DNA of 64,000 nt from Candidatus Cloacimonadota bacterium (GTDB lineage Bacteria > Cloacimonadota > Cloacimonadia > Cloacimonadales > TCS61): NCBI GenBank assembly GCA_021736135.1, contig JAIPGO010000001.1:64228-128227 (forward strand), read 5' to 3'. Each line of letters opens with the position of its first letter. The stretch's first letter is position 1. The notes beneath the pieces are model-generated. The model saw nothing but the letters and a program-made list of their open reading frames with translations, made no database searches and was not told the origin of the DNA. Shown here one piece after another: positions 18,901 to 28,500 of this stretch. Position numbers and translations under genes: made by a program.

Positions 18901-21900
18901 GCACTGTAATAAAGCTGATCTTCGTCAATATCACTAAAATATTGCTCAAGCATAATATAGAACATCTCGAAATCTTCATTTCTCTCCAGGTCCGGCAGAT
19001 TTTGTATGATAACAGGCGGGTCATTTACCGGAATAACGGTAATAACAGTGGAATCAGTATAGGAATACCGGTTCTGCTGACTAGTGATCGTAAAAAAGAG
19101 CAGCTCCGAACCGAACCAGTTGGCAGGAGCAGAAATATCTACATTATAACCGGTTATCTCAACATTGATCTGCTGATTCCCATGAACCGAAAGTGCTAAA
19201 TCAGTCGGGTTTCCATTTACCAGGTACTGGCTGAGATCAAGAGCGATCATTTCGTCTTCATTGAAAGCGAATGATTCCGGTAAAAGCAATTGTGATCTGG
19301 GCATGACGGTAAACATAACCTCATCGAAACTGGAGTATTGATACATTGTTTCCTGATCAGTAGCAATAAAGCTAATCACTTCACTTCCTGACCAGTAGAA
19401 ATCATTGATCTCAATCCCGGCAACACTCTGCTGATCAATATCAACCGTAAGAAATCCGGCAGACAGCATAACCGGGTTAAGTGGATTACCCAGTGCCTGG
19501 TTGGAATTGAACATAAATTCCTGAGAAACCGGCAAAGCCTGCTGAAAATAAGCGTCATAAAATCTCAGAGAGATGTTTTCATCATTGTAATTGGAATATA
19601 TCGTAAGAAAATAAAGCCAGCGGTCAAGCACATACATCGCAGAAGTGAGTCCTCGGCACTCGTCTCCGGTAAAAGCAGCCAGGAGATGAGCATCACCACT
19701 GGCAGTATAACCTTTGGAAAGCACTTCCGCCGTGAGAGTCATGCTGTACTGGTAAGCCGCCGGATTTACATTCCATTCCGGAACAGGTTCTGGCTGTTCA
19801 TTTACTTGGAATTCATAACTCCAAACCACCGGATTATCGTCCAGCTCAATGAGATATTGAGAAAGATCGATCTGCTGAAAACCATCACAGGAGTAAACAG
19901 ACTGATCGGGAATATCAATCACCAGCGGAGGATGATCTTCCGGCAATACGGTAAAGGAAACATCCTGTGTATCCCAGGCTGAGAAATCAGTCTCATCTTC
20001 CACACGAAAAGTGATTATATCGGTACCCGTCCAGTCTTCAGACAAAACAGAAATTACGGCAACAGCGTTTTCATCGAGTGATACTGCCAGATTCTGGGCA
20101 CCGGTGCAGCTCCAGATTACGGGATCGTTATCAAGTTCCACCAGATAATCATTGAGTGCCACAGCTTCGAATTCCTCGCCGATAAAAATAACCTGATCGG
20201 GAATTGGATTGATCTGGGGTGCATGGTCATCAATTATAGTGAAAAGAACTTCGTCAAAATCGGAATAGCTGGCAGGTGTTCCCTGGTCCTGAGCCTGAAA
20301 ACGAACAACAGCTTCACCCGCCCAGGCATCATCTGTGATGCCTATCCGGGCAATACCATCCTCAATATCGATCATCAGATCACCAGCATTGATAACGAGA
20401 GGAGCCAGAGGAGAACCGGTACTGCCGTTATTCAGAAAATTAATTGTTTCCCGTGCCGGAATGGTTCTACCCATCTCCGCATCAAAAAAGCGAAAACTTA
20501 TTTCCGTATTATTGACATTGCCATAAACGGTGAGAAAATAAAGCCATCTGTTGACAGCAAAAATTGCCTCAGTGACACCCCGGCATTCATCACCGGCAAA
20601 GGCAGCCAGGAGATGAGTGCCTCCCTCCGCGAGGTATCCTTCTGAGACAACTTCTGCCGTAACAGACATCGTATATTCATAATTGCCGGGAATAACGTTC
20701 CAGTCCGGAGCACAGGCAGGAGATGATTCCGGCAGAAAAAAGTAACTCCAGTTGATGTCATTGCCATCAATCTCGGTAAGATAAGCATTCAGATCAATAT
20801 CTTCAAAGCTCATACCGGTGGCAATCGTCTGATCGGGAATATCGTCAACAACCGGTTCATGATCAATACCAAGCACGGTAAAAGTAACCTGCTGCGAGCT
20901 GAACGCAGCGAATTCCGTATCATCAGTAACCGTGAAAGTAACTGTTTCGCTACCCAGCCAATCCTCGTCTATTAGAGTAATAGTAATAACATTGAATTCA
21001 TCCATAACCAGGTTCAGGTTCACGGGCAGAGAAAAGCTCCAGATCACGGGATCATTATCAAGCTCGATCAGATGCTCATTAAGAGCAATAGTCTCAAAAC
21101 TTTCACCGGTTGTAATGGTCTGATCGGTGATTGGTAATATCTGGGGTGCATGATCGGTGGAAATGCTCAGTATCACATCGTCGGAAGCTGAATAACCGGC
21201 AGTGGTTCCCAGGTCGGAAACTGTAAAAATAACGGTTTCGGAGCCTGTCCAGCCTTCATCTACAATGATAAAGGACGCATTATTATTTTCATTGATATTG
21301 ATGAGCAGATTACCGGCGTTAAGCAGAAAGGGAATAAGCGGATTGCCGATTGCACCGTTAGCAGTAAAGATCACGGATTCGTAAACAGGGAGAGATTCCT
21401 GCTTCTCTGCATCATAAAAGCGGAAAGTTATCTCTTCATCATTAATATTGGCATAGATGGTAAGAAAATAGAACCATTCGCCCATTGCCGATATGCCGTT
21501 GGCTACACCCCGGCATTCTTCACCTGAGAAGGCAGCTAAAATATGCGTATTACCCGGAACTGCCAGATTTTCCGAGCTTACCTGTGCCGTCAGGGTCATA
21601 GTAAATTCAAAAGCACCTGCATCCACGCTCCATTCGGGTATCTGTTCCGGAGTCTCGTTTTCTCCAAACACAAAATCCCAGATATAGGGATCATTATCCA
21701 GTTCCGTCAGATAATCATCCAGCGAAATAGTGGTAAACTGCTGTCCGTTTGCGATTGCCTGATCCAGAATATCAGCTACTTCCGGTGGATGATCTTCTGC
21801 TCTGATCGTAAATATAGCAGAATCGGAATCAAAATAGCCGTTCTCCGTCTGATCTGTGGCAGTAAAGGTTATAGTTTCACTTCCAGACCAGTTCTCATCA

Positions 21901-22487
21901 AGAGCCGAAATTGCGGCAACCCCGGAATTTATTACTATCTGAAGAAATTCTGCACCGGTATAACTCCAGAGAATAGTATCATCATCAAGTTCTGTAAGAT
22001 ATTCATTAAGATCAATGGGGGCGAAATCTGCTCCGAAATCAATGGTCTGATCCGGAATATCTGCTAAAAGCGGAGGATTGTCAAATCCCTGAAAAGCATG
22101 CAGAAGCAAGGGATCAAGCACTGCTCCATAGACCTCATTCGATTGAAATATTATAGTTTCATCAATATCAAGGATCAGGTCATTTTCCGCCTGATAGTAG
22201 CGGAAAGAGAGCACTTCTCCAGACTGGTTGGCATAGACCGTCATAAAAAAAACAGCATTACCGTTTACCATAATGGGAGTGGCAACTCCCCGGCATTCGT
22301 CGCCAAAGAAGGCTCCCAGAACATTACCAGCGCCATTTTCCGGCACATAATTGACCTGCACGGCTGCAATTACATTCGCATTGAACTCATAAGCCGGGGC
22401 AATAACATTCCAGTCGGGCGGATCAGCTCCTAGTAAGGATACAAGGAGCAAAGTAATATATAAGATAAATTTACGGCATTTAAACAT
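15975..22487 (-). CDS. Giant T9SS-sorted surface protein (2170 aa): DECRGV modules, VNDPP-delimited Ig/cadherin-like repeats, PKD-like domain, dockerin-type pair
   Basis: Signal peptide MFKCRKFILYITLLLVSLLGA. Four DECRGV modules. About 8 VNDPPV-delimited ~100-aa repeats. PKD-like DGSASFDVDGEIISYSWNW. Dockerin-type loops GDVDYSGEVDAFDAALIL and ADLDGNLSVDAYDSALVL. C-terminus NFPNPFNPETAICFQ..GIYFYSL..TLIK. AAGGAG RBS. Confidence 0.9.
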   Translation of the reverse strand: MFKCRKFILYITLLLVSLLGADPPDWNVIAPAYEFNANVIAAVQVNYVPENGAGNVLGAFFGDECRGVATPIMVNGNAVFFMTVYANQSGEVLSFRYYQAENDLILDIDETIIFQSNEVYGAVLDPLLLHAFQGFDNPPLLADIPDQTIDFGADFAPIDLNEYLTELDDDTILWSYTGAEFLQIVINSGVAAISALDENWSGSETITFTATDQTENGYFDSDSAIFTIRAEDHPPEVADILDQAIANGQQFTTISLDDYLTELDNDPYIWDFVFGENETPEQIPEWSVDAGAFEFTMTLTAQVSSENLAVPGNTHILAAFSGEECRGVANGISAMGEWFYFLTIYANINDEEITFRFYDAEKQESLPVYESVIFTANGAIGNPLIPFLLNAGNLLININENNNASFIIVDEGWTGSETVIFTVSDLGTTAGYSASDDVILSISTDHAPQILPITDQTITTGESFETIALNEHLIELDNDPVIWSFSLPVNLNLVMDEFNVITITLIDEDWLGSETVTFTVTDDTEFAAFSSQQVTFTVLGIDHEPVVDDIPDQTIATGMSFEDIDLNAYLTEIDGNDINWSYFFLPESSPACAPDWNVIPGNYEYTMSVTAEVVSEGYLAEGGTHLLAAFAGDECRGVTEAIFAVNRWLYFLTVYGNVNNTEISFRFFDAEMGRTIPARETINFLNNGSTGSPLAPLVINAGDLMIDIEDGIARIGITDDAWAGEAVVRFQAQDQGTPASYSDFDEVLFTIIDDHAPQINPIPDQVIFIGEEFEAVALNDYLVELDNDPVIWSCTGAQNLAVSLDENAVAVISVLSEDWTGTDIITFRVEDETDFSAWDTQDVSFTVLPEDHPPLVIDIPDQSVYSCDGFQQIDLSQYLIELDDNPVVWSYEFQVNEQPEPVPEWNVNPAAYQYSMTLTAEVLSKGYTASGDAHLLAAFTGDECRGLTSAMYVLDRWLYFLTIYSNYNDENISLRFYDAYFQQALPVSQEFMFNSNQALGNPLNPVMLSAGFLTVDIDQQSVAGIEINDFYWSGSEVISFIATDQETMYQYSSFDEVMFTVMPRSQLLLPESFAFNEDEMIALDLSQYLVNGNPTDLALSVHGNQQINVEITGYNVDISAPANWFGSELLFFTITSQQNRYSYTDSTVITVIPVNDPPVIIQNLPDLERNEDFEMFYIMLEQYFSDIDEDQLYYSAEFNTQEIDLIIEDNILLVYSADNWNGITEITVTADDNFSRLYVTDTFSISILPVNDPPVITLPDSFSFNEDASLEVNFADYILDVDNEELTLTWMGNQNISIFAEQLDLTFSTPANWFGIEQIVFLVDDGQSRDIASDTLLIEVLSVNDPPVADAGSTYIGYTYSSDPVLITLDGSASFDVDGEIISYSWNWDTGYGSGMIHSAEFPIGETLVILTVTDNENSSASDTTLVVIYQLTNLPPQAVTDVFQIEEDTQLTGNILTNDNDPDTYPDILAAALQSDVSFGLLNLQSDGSFTYLPAENWFGEDGFTYQAYDGMDYSETVSVSITVIPVNDPPTIDPPAEVTFLEDGSYTLDFAEYVSDIDGDELLLTVSGNESIYVLIEDLLVTFSAPINWNGSELITFSVNDNSSRVFASADISVHIIPVNDPPIVNLPSAFFFYETETLTVDITPYVSDPENAPLSLHIFGYNHLNVEIEGLVVTFSATDNWTGTEFLTFMVIDSQLRAYTTALVAVHVMPGGKPQITAIYDVPDDQGGWVSLEFNRSLYDNIPSQESYLVQRNDERIWNSLAVISATGAASYQVILPTISDSCSASNIPTEFRIIAEMDEGTWISDPAVGFSLDNIAPTAPAGLSLNDDLLSWDTSTAPDFAFYSLYQNDVWLADTVENSYSLAGLTGAVNLTSTDIHDNESTHSENIQVFFYAYGDVDYSGEVDAFDAALILKFAVGLDPQPYAPLPWDEWRIRVADLDGNLSVDAYDSALVLQFLVGMIDYFPIEGLRIEYELPHVNISWQEEHLQFEVTGDCFAFSILELGSASIWGQPVVLCEDILTAYNETEQRFAVASPYPIEGCFLKIPLKHSFQKPPAQITISFQLNDQQQSRTIYLIQEENSAPQVTALKPNFPNPFNPETAICFQVAQDQSAVLSIYNLCGQMIYTNTYPAGEHKFIWKADKFASGIYFYSLQAPDYSQIRKMTLIK
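19460..22424 (-). repeat. Internal super-repeat of the 2170-aa gene (~260-310 aa period, 4 DECRGV modules alternating with DIPDQ/ELDNDP modules)
   Basis: The D/E-E-C-R-G codons lie at 22284-22301, 21504-21521, 20574-20591 and 19647-19664 (aa 63, 323, 633, 942). Intervening segments repeat DIPDQTI..YL(T/I)ELD(N/D)DP..W..W(S/T)G(S/T)E..TF. Confidence 0.75.
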
Positions 22488-22506
22488 GTTTTTCTCCTTT
22501 TAATGT

Positions 22507-22537
22507 CGGGCTGCAGGGACTAAGTTCCTGCAGCCCG
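22507..22537 (-). promoter_or_regulatory. Intercistronic stem-loop between the two giant ORFs (no U-run)
   Basis: CGGGCTGCAGG (22507-22517) pairs with CCTGCAGCCCG (22527-22537). On the mRNA strand it is followed by ACAUUAAAAGGAGAAAAACAUG, the RBS and start of the 2170-aa gene. Confidence 0.5.
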
Positions 22538-22545
22538 TACAGGCT

Positions 22546-25500
22546 TTATTTCATCAGGAGAACTTTTCTCATTTCCTGGTAGCCGTCGGCCTTGATCTGA
22601 AGAAAATATACGCCACTGGCTATGGGATTATGATCATCATTATCGCCTGTCCAGCTCAGATGATACCAGCCGCTTTCCTGGGTCTCATTGACCAGGGTTT
22701 TAACTTTTTGACCCTTAATATTGAACATCACTATTTCCACGGGAGTATTTTCACTTAAGCTGTATTTAATGTGAAGTTCCGGATTAAAAGGATTCGGATA
22801 AAGCGCCTGCAGGCGTGTTTCCAATACAGGGATCAAGTTCTCGTCGCCATCGGTAAGTGGCAAAGTATGCAAAGCATAAGGTTCAAGAATAGAACCGAAA
22901 ACATCATTTGCGGCAAAGTCAATAGTCTCTTCCAGATCATATGTTTGGGAAGTAAGACTGTTAAAATACTTGAAATTGAAGGAAATATCTTCATCAACAT
23001 TGCCATAAACCGTCATAAAGACAAGATTCCTGTCAAATGCCTCCAGATAAACCGGTGTCGTTACACCCCGGCACTCGTCGCCATAGAAGGCTGCGATCAT
23101 ATCTGTTTCATTTGCGGCTTCCATACCATCCTGCATTACTACAGCTATAATATTCATGTTATATTCATACAGCTCCGGGATAACCTGCCAGTCAGGTTCA
23201 TCTTCCTGAACTGCCCGCAGATCACTTTCCGAGTAAAGACTTAGCGCAATGTCTTCCGGCATTCCAGCCAGAGGAACGATCTCAAAGGGATATACAAGTT
23301 CACCGGGATAGGTGAGCCGCATCAGGTAGCCCTTATTCGGCTGCAGAAACTGCATATTGCCGAACCAGCCCATATTTTCCACAAACTGGGCAAAACCTGC
23401 CTGACTCTTGATGATATCACCGGTAGTTAGTCCATCCAGAGAATTGAGTGCATAATTCAACTCCATACTATACTGCGGCAGATAGCTGATCCAGTTCCAG
23501 CCCGGTGAAACAAACAGAGTATCAGTTTCAACATTTACCGGGTAACCGGTTATCTGCAGGGTATCATCTTCAGCCATTCGCAGCAGATACATCGTGGAAG
23601 TGCTGATCTGGGTCATATTGCCCACCCAGCCATAATATTCAACAAACTGAGCAAAGGAACTCTGGGTTTTGATCATATCATTTCCTGTAGGCGTCAGGCT
23701 TTCCAGGAAAGAATTTATACCCATATCCGCTTTAGTCAGGTTAAAGGACAGCCAGTTCCAGCCGTCATTTATCTTGACAGATTTAATAACCTGATTAGTG
23801 GCAGTGATCGTCACCGGAGCAGTGGGATTACCGAGTACGGAATTAGCTACAAATTCGTAACTTTCCACAATATTGCCCAGTACCGTAGATTCGGAAGCAT
23901 CCCAGACCCTGAAACTAAGGATCTCACCTTCCAGCTGATTACTATAAATTGAGATAAATGTTTCATAAGGGTGCAGCCCCAGTTCATTTTCCAGCGTTGG
24001 GATATAAGATATCTCACCCACCCCGCGACATTCATCATCCACGAATACTCCCACAATATCATAAACATCATCAGAAAGTATGTTATCAACCGCCAGCACG
24101 GCAGTCATATTCATAGAAAATTCAAAATCAGTCATATCAAAAGACCATTCCGGCGGGTAATCAAGAATTCTGATATCAATAATCAGGGGTTCATCACCCA
24201 TAACGGCATTAGCATAAATTGTCGTATTATGCTGTCCGGCGGCAGCATCATCCACCAGATTGATAGAAATGGAACGTTCTTCTCCAGGAGTTAAGATCCC
24301 CTCAATAGGTGAAAATTCCAGCCAGTCAGGTAATGGTAACGGTTCTCCGGAAGGCCAGCCATTATCACGTCCGCCGATCAGCTCATAAGATCGGTTGCTG
24401 CCCCCGATATTGCGGAGAATCCGGGAAGTCTGCACGGTCTGATCAACGTAAATTACTTCGTGAATGCTCTCACCCAGCCATTCCACGGGATTGCGGTTCA
24501 CAAAGAATTCCCAGGAAATGGGTTCTGCAATGGAATTGCCATGCATATCTTCCAGCACATTGATATCCACCCGTAATGTCTGATTTTCGATCCATTCGTT
24601 ATTTACAGCCGGTTCCACAGTGATCGTATTAAAACCAAAAGTGAAATCGAAATCAACCATTTGACCGGTAGTTGTATTAAACAGCGCGATGTCCTGATTA
24701 CCCTGGCTGATCAGAGCGCCATTGATGTTCTCATTAAAATGGATGGCGATCTGGTCATCAGGACTCAGAATTCCGTCCACAGGTTCCGGACTGCCGAAGA
24801 TTTCCGGACCCTCTCTATCGATCAGCCCGGTGACGATATTGGAATATCCGTCTCCGCTGTCTCCGGTTGAAACTGTAATGGCTCTCAGTTCATAAGCTCC
24901 GTCAACAACAATACTGGGACTGATGTTCCAGGGCATGATAATATAATCTTCCGTAATGTTTTCCACTAAAACGGAATAAGCAGTAAACCATTCACCTGTT
25001 CTTTCGTCAAAGGAATGTTCTTCATTATTTTCATTTGTCTGAGCTTCTGCAAACAAGCTGCTTACGGAGTCAGATTGCCTTTTCTTTTCTTCCCCGAAGG
25101 CTGCTGATAATTCAGGAGTTTCCCCGCCGGAATCACCTCTGCCGGATGTTGAAGGTCTATATTTAAGATCAATACTCACCAGGTTCGTGGCAAAGCGGTT
25201 ATAACCATCCATCGTTACCCAGAGAGTGTCACCTTCATCTGCGGATGTGATCAGCCAGTTATCCTGCGGAACTGCTATATGTACCTCACTTGCCGGCTGC
25301 TGAAATTCCACCGATACCTGTGCATAAGCTGCCAGTTCCATAGGTCCTCCGTTTTCCCAGACGGCATATTGCCCCGGAGGCACTAGCATGAACTGCAGAT
25401 TATTATAAATGTATTCCACCGGACCTCGCTCGATGGAAAGAATGTTTTCCACCTGCTCACCATAAGGAATATAGTAAGATAGATGGTCTTCAATCGGTAT

Positions 25501-28500
25501 GCCATTAACGGAAATCTGTGCTCCATCGGGATTGGAGGTATTGATCACGCGGAACCAGTATTCCCGCTGCTCTTCCGTTTCACTCAGGTTACCAAGCAGC
25601 ATTGTGAAACTCGCTGCTTCATCCGGAGAAACATTTACCTGGGCTGCCGGTGTGATATCCAGAGACGGCTGGTCTCGCATCTGCGTGCCATCTTCCCAGG
25701 GATTGCTCGAAGCTCCCGTTATGGTCTCAAATACGGGCGTCCCATAAGTCCCATCCCATTTCACATCAAGAGTAAAGCTGTCACCTATATCATCATCTGC
25801 CAGCACAAAGCCCACCGTATTGGAATGTGTGGTTGTTTCAGAACTGGATTCTCCCATTGTGATCTCGGTTCCGATCATAAAACCACCCACAACACCTACT
25901 CCATTCACTTCAATTCCGGCAGCAAAGGCTGTTTCTTCATTGATAAAGGTTTCAAACTGATATGATACCGTTTCGGATGTCTCTTCTGTTTCCGTATATT
26001 CATAAGTTGCTCCTGCATCAAATGACCTGTTCTCGATCAAACTGGCACTTTCTTTCAAATCATGGTTGGAGTCCACAAAACTCTGCCAGCGAGCCGCTGA
26101 TTCTTCATCTCCGATCAGTTCCAGAGAGGGGATCAGTGAATTCAATATATGATATTCGGAATAAAGGTAGTTTGTGGCAAATCCCTGGGGTGCGATGATA
26201 ATATCTGCATCCAGTGAAAGCACTCCGTCGGTAACATCAAGAATGTCCGTTATACCGTAAAGCAGGTTCATAGCTCCACCCATATAGAGATCGCCATCCT
26301 GACCCACGAAAGTGTTTTCCGCGCTGGTCTGGATCGCCTCCGTCGTGGAAATAGTCCAGGTTTGTTCCTGCTGACTGGAATTTGTGGTCGTCATTGCTGT
26401 GCTGTAATTAAAATCGAGCGTCACATCAACTGCTATTTCCGTTGATACTATGAACCCGATTTCTGTTGTAACATCTACTCCCAGATAGGCGTTGATGAAT
26501 TCTGAAGAATTATCATTATGGATCATGCTGATCCCAACGGACATGGAATGCGTTTCCGTGGTGGAAAGATAACTGTAACTGTGATCTCCGGGAGGATCGC
26601 GCAGGATCATGATCGGAATTTCCGGAGTCGTCGTGGTAAAGGCGGAAGTGCGGGGTTTATTACCCGTAACAATCGCCCACTCCGTGATCTGTGCCTGGCG
26701 ATCATAATTATCCGTGGCAATTACCGTAAACTGCTTTTGATAAGGATGATCACCTCCGGAAAGGATATTGGGTTCCCGCACCAGACAGCTATATTCGATA
26801 GCGCCATCAGTAAATACTGCCGTTGTATCAATATTATTGCCAAAATAATCCAGCACGCGCACATAACCTGAATCAACGGGACAGGTATTAATGACCGTCT
26901 CGCCTTCCAGCCACGTGCTGTATGATTCATATATCTCTATATCAAAAGTATAGTAATTATTCATTGTCAGCAGACCAACTCCAGAAATTTCCGATTCATC
27001 GGGCAGGGTGATCGTGCCTCCTTCGGGAATGCCGCTAACCGCCACATCCGGAGGAGCATAATAGATAAAGTCATACACTCTGTCCTCCTCTTCCAGGGAT
27101 AATGTTTCCGCATCAAAGAAAGCATCTATCTCGGGATTGGGATGATCTATCCAGATCTGGTATATAAATGGCGGCAGATCTTCTATTTTGTATTCACCCG
27201 TAACGGGATGCGGCACTACTGATTTTTCAATGCAACCGTTCACCGCCCGCACGGTAACTTCGATCTGACCCTGGGAAGGTGTGATCGGGAAACGGCAACT
27301 GCCTCCTGCAACTTTTCCTGTTATCTCCCGGAATTCCTGATCGGAAAAATAGAGCCCTGTTCTGGGTGAAGCTATGAGCGGTAATTCTATAAAGGGCGGA
27401 ATGAATTCATGCAGTTCAAATACCGGCTGGATAATATCTCCCGTACTTCCCGGCTCCAGCTCTATGATCCACTTGCCGTCTGCATCGGTATAGATCGGCG
27501 GAACAAGTGATACTCCATTTACCAGAATCTGAACTTCGTCCTGGAAACAGGCTGTGGATTCATAACGCACATAACCGCTGATCGGGATCATGGAAATATC
27601 CGTGAAATTGACCATATCGACTGATGTATTACTGGCATTCAGGCTTGCCTGACGGCTTTCCGGCTCATAATAATGCTCAAACATCTCGATCAGTGGTATA
27701 TCTTCGGTCCAGACTACTCCGTTTTCCAGAGTTCCAGTGGCAATATTGCCAGTAGCATCTGTAACCAGCAGATCTCCGCCTTCGTTCATTTTCCAGTAGT
27801 TCGCCAGACCATATTCATCACCTTCCAGAACCTGATTTTTTGTGCCATTGATCTGATCATAGTTGCGGCAGAGATTCCATAACCGCATTTCATCAATTCT
27901 GCCATTAAAGTAAAGATCATCTTCTTCCGGTGCTGCGCGACCCATAACTATTTCCGAAAGATCAGGAATAGTATTGGCATCAGCAGCTTCCTCTGCCAGT
28001 TGACCGTCTATGTATAATCTGAATGTCTCCTGATCATAACTCACGGCATAATGATGCCAGAGGTTATCTGCCATATTTTCCGAATTCTGCAGCTCAGTTG
28101 TGAAATGAGTTCCCCTGATATAACCTTCAGGAGTCATCTCCACTCTCAGACGCAATTCATCATTGGCAGGATCTGTTGCACTAAAAAGCACCTGTGCCTG
28201 GGTCTCGGCTGTTTTAAACCAGCCTTCCTGCGTATAGCCGAAAACCATGTCCACTCTCACTCCGTAAAAGCTTACAAATTGATCAGCGCCATTCAGCTCC
28301 AAAGCTCTGCCGATATTTGTCTGCTTGGAGGGAGTTACGGTAAAGGTTGTTCCTCCGCCATAATAAATTCCGCGGATGGCATAGTTGCCTACACTGTCCG
28401 TAAGCGCTCCCACGTAAACGGGAGCCAGATTGGGACTGCGTGTGATGTGACATATCTCTCCATCATTGTCATTTTGCGTAAGGTCAAAAACGATGTCTCC

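Noticed and set aside
16332-22433. Several 100-175-aa + strand ORFs (16332..16859, 20223..20645, 21543..22067, 22098..22433)
   Set aside because: They are antisense to the 2170-aa gene. None has a recognisable motif or RBS.
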